Shown piece after piece: positions 15,101 to 28,400 of a stretch of 64,000 nt of DNA. The DNA comes from Eledone cirrhosa. Lineage: Eukaryota. Both the position numbers and the translations under genes were made by a program. Location: positions 223,014,001-223,078,000 of the forward strand of contig OZ024743.1 of NCBI GenBank assembly GCA_964016885.1, written 5' to 3'. The stretch's first letter is position 1. Each line of letters starts with the position of its first letter. The notes beneath the pieces were generated by a model. It was not told where the DNA came from, searched no databases, and saw nothing but the letters and a program-made list of their open reading frames with translations.

Positions 15101-15233
15101 AAATATGTAAAATCCTGATCGCAGCGCCAAGCGGTTTCGGTTTGTGTGTTCAGCAAGTCTACACACTTGAAAAGTGTTGCTGAACACGAAAGCCAGAACC
15201 GCTTGCCGCCGCAGTCATGACTTTACATCTATA

Positions 15234-15315
<82 letters not shown>

Positions 15316-18300
15316 CATACATATACACACATACCACATCCACTGCCAAATAACCATACACACACACACACACACATCTGACCCATGCAAGCATGGAAAA
15401 GTGGATATAAAAACACAATGATTTTATATATATATATATAATGTAGAAATAATGAAATAATAAGAGGACAAAGTTAGGTAGTTATTAATCCATTGTTTTA
15501 CAACAGCTTCAGCTGAGCAGACAAAAATGTGCATCTAGTTCAATGGCATAAAAGTAAATCTATTGTATCAGTTTTTAAAAGTATGTCCTAATTGCTGGCA
15601 TTGTTCAGAAACTATGCTCCATGGGTTGGGCGAATAGATTTATCTTTACGCCATCGAACAAGATACATATTTTTAATGGCTCAGCTGAAACAATCATAAA
15701 ACAAAGGATTATATCTACCTCTTCTCTTATTCTTTCATTGTTCAACATTATGTATTTGACTCAGTAGTTTCAATACTTATTGACATATATGAGGGGATCA
15801 TCACACCACACAAGTGGGTGGCACTCTGTATTGATTGAATATACACATCAGCATTACATGGAGTTCTATGATGTTTAAAAGCCTTGCCCTGACTAGGCAG
15901 AATTATGACTGGGTAATGGACTTTGCTTCACAACCATGTGGTTTTAGATATACTTCCACTGTGTAGCACATCAAGAAAGTGTCTTCTACTATAATCTCAG
16001 GTTGACCAATGGCATGTGAATGAAATTTAGTAGGTGGATACTGTAAGGAGGCTTGTTGCATATATATGTATGTGTATATGTGTGCATGACAGTTTACTGC
16101 ATATGTCTTCATATCAACAGTGTTTAAAGCAGCACGGTGACATTTGTTTAGTGAAGATGGGCAGTCTAACTTATATTTCAAGGAAGGACCATGGTCAACT
16201 GAATTGAATCCAGTATAGGACTGTACTAACAGACCCAAGAAAGCTAGAAGACAAAGCTGACCTTAGCTCAAATAGATATTAGAACATAAATTTTCAACGG
16301 GGTTATTCATATCATCATCATCATCATTCAATGTCTGTTTTCCAGGCTGGCATGGGTTGGACAGGTTTTCAGTCTGAGGCAAGACATGAGTACTGGGTAC
16401 ATTCTACCAGAGCACCAACACTCTTATTTTGACCCAAGTACTTGACTGGTACTTTATTTTATTGACCACAGAAGGATGAAAGGCAAAGTTGACCTTGGCT
16501 GGATTTGAATTGAGAACTTAAATATCCAGAACAAATACTGCAAAACATTTTGACTGACACTCTAATGATTCAGCTAATCCATTGCCTTGACTGTGCTGTT
16601 ATCAATGATTGTAGTGCTCATGATGATAGAAATTCCTAGTGAAAATAACTTAGTCAACATTTACCTGATAAAGAAAACTTAAGGACTTCTTAACTATTTA
16701 CAAAGTCTTAAGAGATTGGGTAAATAGTTTGAAGGTGTGTGGTATGTTGTAAATCAATGAAGGTAACCTGGTTCACAAAACCAGTTGGAATGGGGAAAAG
16801 AAATAAGAGTACACACTGAGGCTATACAAGAAGAATATTTCACATGAAAAGACAGAAGGGAGGGGAGGGACAGAGATGTCAATCAATAAAAACATAAAAG
16901 TACTATTTCATAAATGGAGGGGAAATTTCTACAAAAATTCAACACAACATATAACTTTAAATACCTTTTGATAACAAACTGCCAGAAACCACCTCAGGTT
17001 CAATGATACAAAACTACTACTTCTTCCTGAGAGGGTCATGGAGGTAGAGTCCTCAAACACTCCTTCCAGTGGGTCCTGTCAGAAGCAACCATTTCCAACT
17101 GATCCGGCAGGATCCCCAAGTGAGACCAGCCGAACTCATGGATGGGATCTTGCTTGGGATCTACCCCTGAGTGTCTTGCCAGTTGGTTTTGCTTGTAAAA
17201 TTTGCCCAGAAATTCTTTCCTGAGACATTTTAACCACATGCCAATAGTACCGGAGCTGTGATCTCCCGAGTCGAAGAAGTATTGACTTGACTCTACTTGG
17301 AGCGACTATTTGATCGCCGAGCTATGCACACTATCAAGTAACATTACTCCAAAGACTCTTCGGAGGAACCCCATTTCAACAACCTGCATTCACAATCGCA
17401 TTATTTTGGTCATTACCCAAGATTCATGACCATAGGTAAGGATTGGCACAAATACCAAATTGAAGATAGCGAGTTTGGCCTTTTACCCCCAACTCTTCTG
17501 ATTACCGAATGCAGGAGCTGGTGAATTACTGCACCGGCTCCTGCAATTCGTGCACTTAATTTAGCCTCGTGTCTTCCATCACTCATTAACATGGCCCCAA
17601 GACACTTGAACTTCTCTGCCTGCTTCAGTGGAACTCCATTCATGTGTTTGTTTATATTATCTAAAAACCCTTCTTCATAATTTTATGTCAGAATTTTCGA
17701 TAAGTTATGTTCCAAAAACCAGTTTAATATTGGGAAAGTTAGTTATATTATTAAAATCCATCAAAATTCTTAAACCATAGGCAGCGTATTTCAATAGAAA
17801 TATGGTAATGAAAGGATTATTTTATATACAACTAGTACATGGCCCATTGTTTTACGGAGTTGTTATAAAAGTAACTGAATAGACATCACAAACAAGACCA
17901 AAACTAATTTTTCTTGAAGCTGATAAAGCAAACCAATACCACGACGTGGTTAGAGAACAAAAACAAAACAACACTTAAAAAAATCACCAATTACTATATA
18001 TATATATATATATATACACACACATACATATATATAAAAGTAATCTGAGTTTTTTTGAATTTTTGAATATTAATAATATTCGATTCGTTTGCAATTATGC
18101 AAACAGCCTCTTTTAAGTCAGATTAGATTTATTGTATTTAGCCATGTGGGGCAATAACTTTTTGTTAGTTATATATATATATATAACAAAGGAATTGTGG
18201 TAAGGAACCAGATGGACCATAATGCACCAGAGTACTCAATACTTAGGGTAGTAGAGTGGGAAATAGGAAAAAGTATGGCCCCGACAGCAGAGCTCAAGCC

Positions 18301-20595
18301 GTTTCGACGGCTATTTCTGGAAATAGCCGTCGAAACGGCTTGAGCTCTGCCGTCGGGGCCATACTTTTTCATATATATATATATACACATATACTATATA
18401 AAATTAACGAAGATTGCTGGTATTGATTCAACGGTCTCCGGCCAGCGTCTAGCTCACTCAATAAATTTGCCGAATTGCAGTAATGCAGTTGCAATCAGCC
18501 GTTCAGAGTACATACATTTAGTTAATAGTAGATACGGTGGCGGTGTTTAGGTAGAGAGAAAGGTGAACCCTTATATATATATATATATATATATAAGGGT
18601 TAAAGAGTATGTAAACAAGACTGGAATTTAAGAGAATGTTTTGCCTCTTGCATAGATTACTAAAGCCCATATTAACTATAATATAGTTGAACAAAACTGA
18701 GGAGAATAAAACACCTTGAGATGGAAAAAAAGAAGAGAAATGTCTGCGGTAGCATTACAAGTGTATTAGGTACGTTTTATCATGGCACAAGAAATGCTGT
18801 GACATTTGAAAGAGAACCAAGATATCTATAATAAAGGCTTAGCTCTATTACATAATCTTTCAAATAATATCTTCTTTATTATTTTGAGATAGTCATTTAC
18901 AGTACTGATGTGTATTTACTTGTTAATAAAACACATTCACACACTGTCAATGTTTCAAGATTTGCTTATATTCTATAACTATACTATGGTTTTAATGACA
19001 TAGGAGATACAATATCTAAATAGGTTAACATGACCTCTCAGCAGATGAGAATAAGTGTAGTCTATACACCAACTCTAGAATTCAATATCAAATCTACCGG
19101 TAGAGAGCTACTGGGATAGAATTAGAGAACACAACCATTACCAGGAACTAGATATCATGACCCAAACACACAAGTGAGTGAACTTCTGATTCTTTAGAGG
19201 CATTTGTCCAAAGCCCCAACGACTGCTGAACCACCAATGAACATGACTATAAATCTGATAAACTATCAAATCTGTCACTTTCAGCCCCACCACAAAATTA
19301 AACTTTGGCATGGACACGCACACATGTAACAACAAGCAAGGCCATCCTCTTTGCTAAAGCAGGAGTTAGCCTTGCAGGCCTCATGATAAGCTGCTCCATT
19401 TTACTCTATCATATGTACCCTTCTCATCAACTCCCTGACTGGGTTGAGTTTAATTTCCTCCTCCACCTCTAAGCCATGTGTTTCTTGGTCTTCTCCTTCC
19501 CCTATTTTCTTCCACATTCTTTTCCCTCACAGTCACTTTCATCCTTGCTCAACATATGACCCAATCAACACATTCCATTTCTCTTCACATCATTAACCCT
19601 TGGCTCTATTCCCATGATCCTTTGTAATTCATGGCCATGCATGTTTGTATAGATGTTTAAACAAGTTTCCTCTACTTACCAACTGCTGCCTTTGTCCTTG
19701 CATCTGGAGAGCTAGTAAAATGATCAGTCCTAGTTGCATGTTTGAGTTCATCAGTGGATTGAAGGACACATTGGGACCAGGGCCGAGAAGACCTGTAACT
19801 CAAATGGCCCAGAAAAACAACAAATCTTTCAATATGCTCACAACAAGTAAGTACAGGAATAACACATTTAAACAATAATATAACAAAAATAACCACATAA
19901 AATAAAATAATTATTTTTATTGCTGGTTTACACAGTAAATATGATGATTATTGGATCGACTGTGTGTCAAGTTTGAAAAGGGACCATAGAAAACCAGCAC
20001 TTTTCTGGGTATATGTGCAGTGCCCAACAATGCAGTTGGAGAGCAATTTGTGTTTCAAGGCCTATTTGCTCAAGATACCCCTCTCTCAGTTTTAGTGGTG
20101 TCCTTGAGCAAGGCACTTCATTTACATTGTTTCAGTTCACTCAACTGAAAATGAGTACCTGCAATAGCTGGAGGTTAGCTCTTTAATGGACTGGTGTCCC
20201 ATCAATGGGGAGGTCTTTTACTCTCATTCGCTTTATGACAATGAAATCAGAATAAACTCTAGGCTTCATTCAACCCATGCAAGCATGGACAAATAGACAT
20301 AAAATGATAACAGTTCAGTGAAGAATGGAAAGGGTGTTTCTCATTGTAGATTTCAGCTTTTGGTAAAGGTATGTATCTAGAGACCCTACATGTTGGCAAG
20401 TTCTTGATCTACTGTCATTGCCTTATCTGCACCACCTAACTCATTACTGTTAATAATAATATTGGTTTCTAATTTAGGCACAAGGCCAGCAGTTTTGGAG
20501 GAAAGGAAAAGCTGATTAATTTCTGTCACACGAAACCATTATTAAAGTTGTAACAGAAATGAAAAGTTTGTAGGCTGGTTTTGATTCCCAGTTTA

Positions 20596-20635
<40 letters not shown>

Positions 20636-23600
20636 ATCAATCCCAATACTGGACTGGTACTTTATCGAGCTTGAAAGGATTTAAGGTAAAGTTCACCTCA
20701 GAGTGCAATGAGCTGGAACAAATACCAAGGCACTTTTAATTCATCACCATACAGACTGCCAAACCACTGTCTTTTTTATTTATTCACTTATAAAATGAAA
20801 TCATCATCATCATCATCATCATTTTACATCCGCTTTTCCCTGCTTGCAAATAGCAGTGCACTTTGGCCAACCTATATAACATCAATTTCATTCAGATTTA
20901 TATTATCCAACTGAAGATAATGTCCACACTGTAAATGTGGTTGGTGTTAGGAAGGGCATCCAGCTGTAAAAACCTGCCAAAGACACTTCCGTGCGAGCAA
21001 GACACAGTCTCCCTACCATTCCTGCATCAAATGGAACAAAACCGTCTAGCATGAAAGATGGATGTTAAATGATAATGATGAGAAAGATATAAAATATATA
21101 TTCAAGTAAACCTAGCAAGCAATATTAACTCTTAACATCCTATACCACATGAAACTACATTAGCAAGACATTTTTTAAAAGTATAAAGCAGCACTATAAC
21201 TGCATCATATTAATCATTAAGATATTACTCTAATACTGTTAATTTTCACAACAATCTGTTGATTAGTAAAGATACTATAAACATTTGAATTTGCAAACCT
21301 GTTTTTAGATATTTTCTGCTAAACCATTACAGGATGTTAAGAGATAATTGTTTCTACTTTTTGGCACAAGGCCAGCAATTAGCCAGTACATTACTGTACT
21401 TTATTTTATCGACCCCTTAAGGATGAAAGGCAAAGTTAACCTTGGCAGGATAGATAATATTAGTCCAAGTTCTTCATTTATTTAAAAAAATCAATAAACA
21501 AATTTTGAAGCCAAAAATACCTGGTTTGGCATTCCTCATGATGGTCTGATGTATATAGGTTTTCTGAAGTAGCTGGAGGGCTTGGTGGAATTGCTCGAGT
21601 ACTAAAAGAAAAAGAAAGTCCATTTATATAACTTGCTGAAATATCAAAGAAGAAAAGAATCCAATATCACTTTTCATCCTTTTCCAAATCTGAGAAAATA
21701 TCTCTGGTTTGGACCATAATAATTTACATCAAAGCTGAATCAGCTCTAGTTCTATGAAACAAAACCACCCATTTTAAAGGGTTCTTAGTTAAATTTAAAT
21801 TTTCCAACACACAGACACAATACAATCACAAAGGATTTAACGCTCACTTTGTTACCATATTTCAAGTGATAGGCATTGCCTATATTTTCAAATAACTTTA
21901 AAGATAATCAATAATTTCAAGGCAGTAATATAACTAACTTTCTCATTAGTAATCTAGTGTTTGGAACATAAAAAAGTTCTTACATAAAATTATAATGAAA
22001 AGTTTTTAAATATAAACATTTTAAAACAAACAGTTTTGTATCATAGAATCAGAGACAGTTTCAGGCAGTTTAGTATCAAAAGGGTTCTTTTAAATATTTT
22101 CATTAGTTGGAAAAAAAATATGTTGGTGTAGTGAAACTGGACAGGTCACATGGCAGCTTTATAGATAAAAATAAGCAAATAATCTTGCTAATTAATACAA
22201 CAGTTGTGTTAATAAATTATGTACATAGCCAGAATTGCTTCAATTACTTAATACAGTGCAGGTGATGGACATAGTGGTTAGGGAGTTTGACTTACAATCG
22301 TAAAGCTGTGAGTTCAATTCTCAGCAGCATGTTGTGTCCTTGAGTGAGACACTTTATTCCATACTGTTCCAATCAACTCAGGTGGGAAAAGAAAAAAAAA
22401 TCAGTTGTACTGATAATTCAAAGGGCCAGCCTCGTCTCATTGTGTCATGCTGAATCTCCCTGAGAACTAAGTTAAGGGTATACATATCTGTGGAATGCTC
22501 AGCAACTTCCACATTAATTCCATGAGCAGGCTGTTCCATAGATCAAATAACTGGAACACTCAGAGGTCCAGCATATATACAGATACTTAATACAATCATA
22601 AATTTGCAGGTCTGTTCAAGCCATTAAAATAAAAAAAAAATATTCTCAAGATGGAATAAAGCCACACATGCCAATGAAGGAGCCTCTATACAGTCACTTG
22701 ACCTGCTAAAAGTAGCAACTAAATTTCGCTTGAATCACACCCTATTGTCTTAAACATAAAAACAAAAAAAAAAGCCCTGATATACAAAGTGATGGGCCAT
22801 GGCTGGAATGCCATATATCTTGCTGGATTAGACCCGACATGAAGATAAATGACAACTGAAACCACATCTACTACAGATCATTTAGAGTGCTAAATAATCA
22901 ACTTCCTTAAGTATCAGTGCCTACATAGAAACCACTCTAATTCCAGTTCACTTTGTTCATGATCTCCCATATCTTTCTCTCTCTTCTCAATTCCTCTAAC
23001 ACAACTCACTTCTCGATCTTAAATTATCCTAGCTGACGGCAATGCATACAAATTTCTTTGACACTGCTGTCAAAGGCCAAATCTTCACTATGGTTAACTG
23101 TTGCTGTATCTGTTTAACACTCCTCACCTAGAACAGCAACCACAAGGCATCTCGCCTGATGCTCTAACAATTCTGCCAATCCACTACTCTGGACTGCTAC
23201 TTAATTTTATTGATCCTGCAAAATTGACCTCACTGGGATTTGAACTCAGAGCACAGAGTTGTAAAAAATATTGCAAATCATTTTGTTCTACACTATAATG
23301 ACTCTGCCAAATTGCTGCCTGCAAAAGATATTTACAGTGCTTACGTTTTCTAATCAGTCACCCCCACTAAGTACTAGCTACGCTTAACATTGCATAACTT
23401 CAGTGATCAGACGAGAACTGGTGTTTTCAACTTGATATGACCATAAACAACTGCAGATTTAAGAGACATAATTTTTAGAGCAGGCAAATTAGAAGTGACA
23501 TTTACAACAAATGAACAAAACTGGTAAATCATTTCCATATTCAATAAAACATGAAATGAATAATTAAACATTTCATTACAATATTCCTAATGAAAGACAC

Positions 23601-24482
23601 TGTCTATGATTTTTCAAATAATTTTGAAAATAACCAAGAATTTAATAATATAGCTAACTTTCTCATTATTAAGACAGTGTTTGAAACAAAACTTAATAAA
23701 GGTTCTGACATAAAATTATGATGGGAGGTTTTTAGATAAATATAAACAGTTTAATTTTCAAGTCACTTTCTTTACTACATAGTTTCACAATACACACTCA
23801 AGCCATTTCACATCATTCCTCTTTCAGCTTTACAGATTTATTTCCTTCCTCACCACTCTGTCACATCAACTATTTAAGTGTATTTTATAGATTGATATAG
23901 GTGTAGTCATGGCTGTGTTGTTGAGATGTTCACTTTGCAAGCACATGGTTCAAAATAATTTTTACATTCATCAGATCACATGCTAATGAAACCACATTAG
24001 CAAGACATTCTTGAAAAGTAAAAACAGCATTATGACTGCACCATGTAGAAAAAACTGAAGTCTTTAGTTTACTGAAAATTTTCAAAAGAGTCTGTCCACT
24101 AGTAAAGACACTATAAACATTTGAATTAACAAAAAAACCCCTTATTTTTAGACATTTTTCTGCAAAACCATTTTACAAGATGTTAAGAATTAAGAACTAA
24201 AACACTTAGGAAACAGTTACCCATGGCCACCCAAAACCCATCTCATCAAATTGAAACAAGGGTGGATGTTGTAAGGTGGGTAATTGTCTGTCACCACAGT
24301 AAATATGAACTAAAGTCCTTGATATAGAGAGAGAAAATCAAAAGAGTGTGATAATAAAGTGAGGTAATGAGAGATGTTGCTAAAAACAGTATGTAATACA
24401 GAGCTGCTAATTAGGTCAAGAGAATTTAGGTCAATTAGGAGGAGGGAGGGATATTACAAGATTCAAGGAAACATTTAAAATA

Positions 24483-24520
<38 letters not shown>

Positions 24521-25334
24521 CACACACACACACACATACAAAACATGTTTGTGTGTGTGTGTCTAGAGAATTGAATAAATGAACTTTACTTGTTAATGAA
24601 TTTGTTTATCCCAGAAAGAGTCAGGGTGTTAATATATAGAGGATTTTGCTGAGATTATAGAACAAAAGAAGAATTTGATTACATTTTTGTTGATACTTCA
24701 AATACCTGATATTTCTGTAGATTTTTATGAGGAGAGAGAGAAAGAAAGAAATGAAGATAAATAGATGGAAAAAAAGATAGACTGAAAGAGAGCTAGATAG
24801 ATAGGAAGAGAGAAAAGGTATTAATAGCTAGAAACTGAGAGAAAAGGCTAGATAAATAGAGGGGAGAGAGAAGGCAAAAAAGACAGAAAGAGAAAGAAAA
24901 TCAAATATCAAATGTTCAAGGCTGTGAAAGGTTTCTATGCGCAAGAGATTGAAATTAAAAGAAGGATAGTCTATGCATATAAGAGAGAGACAATATATAC
25001 CTAAAACTGACAAAGATTATATATATATATGGGTGAGAGACAGGAAAGAAATGGGTTAAAGAATGCATCCACAAGTCACCAGAGGTCAATTATCTGTAAT
25101 AGTAGGTGGGATGAGGTGGTGGCTGCCATCGACATACTTTGATTACATTTCTGTAGCTAAAGGCAAAATTAGAAAGCAAACTGAGAATATAGCACAAACA
25201 TAATTGTAGTCTTTTTGTCCGTATGTTACACAAATGCTATGATCTGTTAAAAAGTTTAAAATTATAATTTAGAATCCATGGAACTCAAAATGTGTTCTCT
25301 GTCAGCAGTGTTGTCTATGTCTCCCCACTCGCTC

Positions 25335-25402
<68 letters not shown>

Positions 25403-28400
25403 GTTAATAAGATCGTTTCAATGTCCTGTTTATCTCAATATTCTACTGAATGTTTACTACGTCAACTGACAATATATAAACCACCTCATTGGAAATAGAT
25501 CTAGTACAATAATAATAATTGGTTTCCCCTGTTTTTGTGTGCTACTATCATAATAAATACAAACTGTGAAGTTGTTTTTATATATATAGTACACTAACAT
25601 GAGCAGTTAATAATAAGCTCTGAATTTCTGTATTGTATATGTATATATACAAGATGTCCCCACAAAATATATACACACTTTGAGTACCTGTACAAGCAAT
25701 ATTTAATAGAATGCTGTTGAAGTATGTATATATTTTTGGGGACACCCTGTATATATGTACGTGTGTGTTGATATTAATGTGCAACGAGAAACTTCAAGTA
25801 GCATCTTGCGAAGACCCAGCCTTGAATATCATTCTACTTTATGATTTTGAGTATTTTTTTTCCCTGCATTGCATTTCATCCAAGAGTGATCTTTTAGTTT
25901 ACACACGCAGACACATACATATATAGCTATGTCAGATTAAGGTGGTGGTAGTGGCTAAGCTTTGACTAGAGACTCACAATGCTTAGAGGCCCCCAAATTA
26001 ATTTGTTTGCTATCATAATATATGAATCTCATAAGGCGAAAAAAAGAGGCCAATATGACAAAATATGCCCTTTCCACTAGTAAATTAAAATGAGTTTAAT
26101 ACAAGGGCCTTGATGAAATTTTCAGCCAGGGGCCCCATGCAAACTTGATTTACCATACACATACACACATATTTTCTTGATTCCAGCCAATGAGAAAAAC
26201 AGTGTTACATTACAGAAGATAGACTCTAATATGAGCACCTCAAATCTGTTATTAGTAGTTAATATTTCTTGTGAAACCTCTATAGATATGTAACCCAACT
26301 GTGTTATTGTGCATTAACCCACATACCATATTTCTATTAAAAATCACTGCCTATATTTTTTTAATAATTTTGAAAATAATCATTATTAACTTGGTGTTTG
26401 GAACATAAAGGTTCCTACATAAAACTATGACAAAAGATAAATGTTTATATACATTTCAAAACAAAAAGTTTTGTATCATAGAACCAGGGTCAGTTTCAGG
26501 TAGTTTGCTATGAAATGGGTCGACATAGATGAGCTATTTTACTGTAAAAGATTAATAGTTATTAAAAAAACACCTCAACTGTGTTGGAATAGATGTTAAA
26601 CAAATGGCCTTCCAAACAAATGAAATTCTAGCAGATATCTAATTACTAACTTTTGCTTCTGGAAACAGTCGATAACTATTGAAATTGTATATATCAGGAA
26701 TAATGGCAACAAGAAAACTATCTAATTATACAGTATCAATAACTGGAGTTATACAGATATATGCCAACCACTTTCATACAGAGTAAGTACCTTTTCGTTA
26801 CCATATTTCTAATAAAAGACAGTGCCTATAATTTTCAAATAATTTTGAAAATAATCAAGAATTTGGAGGGATTTATTAAGCTGAAGTCTAACTTATCAAA
26901 GGTTTTCACATAAAATTATGATGGAAGGTTTTTAGATAATATAAACACCTTAACAACAAACTTTCATATCACAGAACTAGGGATGTTTGATATCAAAAGG
27001 GTTAAGTCATTAACCTCTTGAGTGTTGAAATAAATGAACTGTGGATTTAGAGAAATAGGACACAGCATTCTTGTTTTTCTAGACTAATTGAAAAACCACA
27101 TCCTCAGTAACAAGTGAAAGCACACAGCCAAGAGGTTAGGGTGTTGGGCTCATGATCACAATATTGTGGGTTCCATTCCTGGACTGGATCGTATGTTGTG
27201 TTCTTGGGTAGAACTCTTCATTTTACACTGCTCCAATCTTAGCTGAAAATAAGTATCAGCAGAAGCTAAGGGTTGAACCTGTGATGAACTGACATTGCAT
27301 CCAGCCACATAACATTAATGAAACCAAGACAAGCTCAGGCCAGATAGAGCCTCCAGGCTTGGAACAGGTTTTAACCATTATTTTCTTAACAGGTAACAAG
27401 AGGAATTAGATGGTATGTATTCAGGAACAGAATTTATACAGAAAAGAAATGGTATAGATGAGGGGAAAGAAATGATAAAACAAAAAAACAAAAAGCGTCG
27501 CAATTATTGTTTGTCAAGGATTTCTAATTATCCATCTAAGTCAACATCAACTTTATAGTTAATACTTACGTTTTGGGTTCTGATTAGCCAAGCCTTTGAC
27601 TAGAGGGTTGCTCATCATTGAAGGGTTTGGAAATACCGGATCAGGCAACAAACCCGATTTGATGCTGTTCAATACTGCTCCAGCTTGAAATGGGGAGGCC
27701 ACCTTCTCCTGAAGTCCAAACAAACAGACGTTGACAGCACACACATCAGGCATCGTCACACAGTAGCACAAACAGAACAAGATAGAAACTTAACAAGAAA
27801 GAACAGTTTTGGGTTTTCACATGTATACACACATTTAAACAGCAAACAAGGTATAAACTGAAAATAAAAAAAAACATGATGTGCGTAATGAAGTTAGAAG
27901 TTCAATTTAAAGAATGTTTTTATTATGGTTTCTAATTGAGGCACAAGGCCAGTAATTTTCAGGGAAGAGGAAAATAATTTAAATTGCCTCCAGTACTTGA
28001 CTGGTATTTTATTTTAACAAACCTGGGAGGATAAAGGGTAAATTAGACCTCAGTAGAATTTGAACTCAAAACAAAGAGCCATAAAAAATGCTGCAAAACA
28101 TATTGTATGATGTGTTAATGATTCTGCCAAAAAGATATTTGAGTTGTACCAAACATTTCTATAGAAGTAAGCATGTGGAGAACTCACGCCAAAATAGGGT
28201 TGAGAGAACTGTTCAGTTATATCAAGAGCACAACCTCTCTAGTGTTGGGGATCTACACGATAAATTGCACACAGTTCTCTGTAAAATGGCTGGTAATATG
28301 AAGGGCATCAAGCCATGGAAAATCTGTCAAACAAAGGGTTGGGAGTACTCTTCAGCTGTGTTGTAGACATAACAACCTCCCTAGTACTGGTGCTATGATG

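Noticed and set aside
15159-15418. ORFs with YIYI/CVCV runs (also 25278-25498 and 12307-12546)
   Set aside because: Translations of (TA)n and (CA)n microsatellites.
18041-18126. Three-stem structure (taatctga/tcagatta, gaatatt/aatattc, gtttgca/tgcaaac) as another hammerhead
   Set aside because: No intact CUGANGA or GAAA core on either strand; at most a decayed relic.
18566-18601. aaccct(ta)nagggtt palindrome
   Set aside because: Mostly self-complementary (TA)n with short MITE-like ends; little information.
19672-19896. 74-aa minus-strand ORF
   Set aside because: Wrong frame over the 19792-19680 exon.
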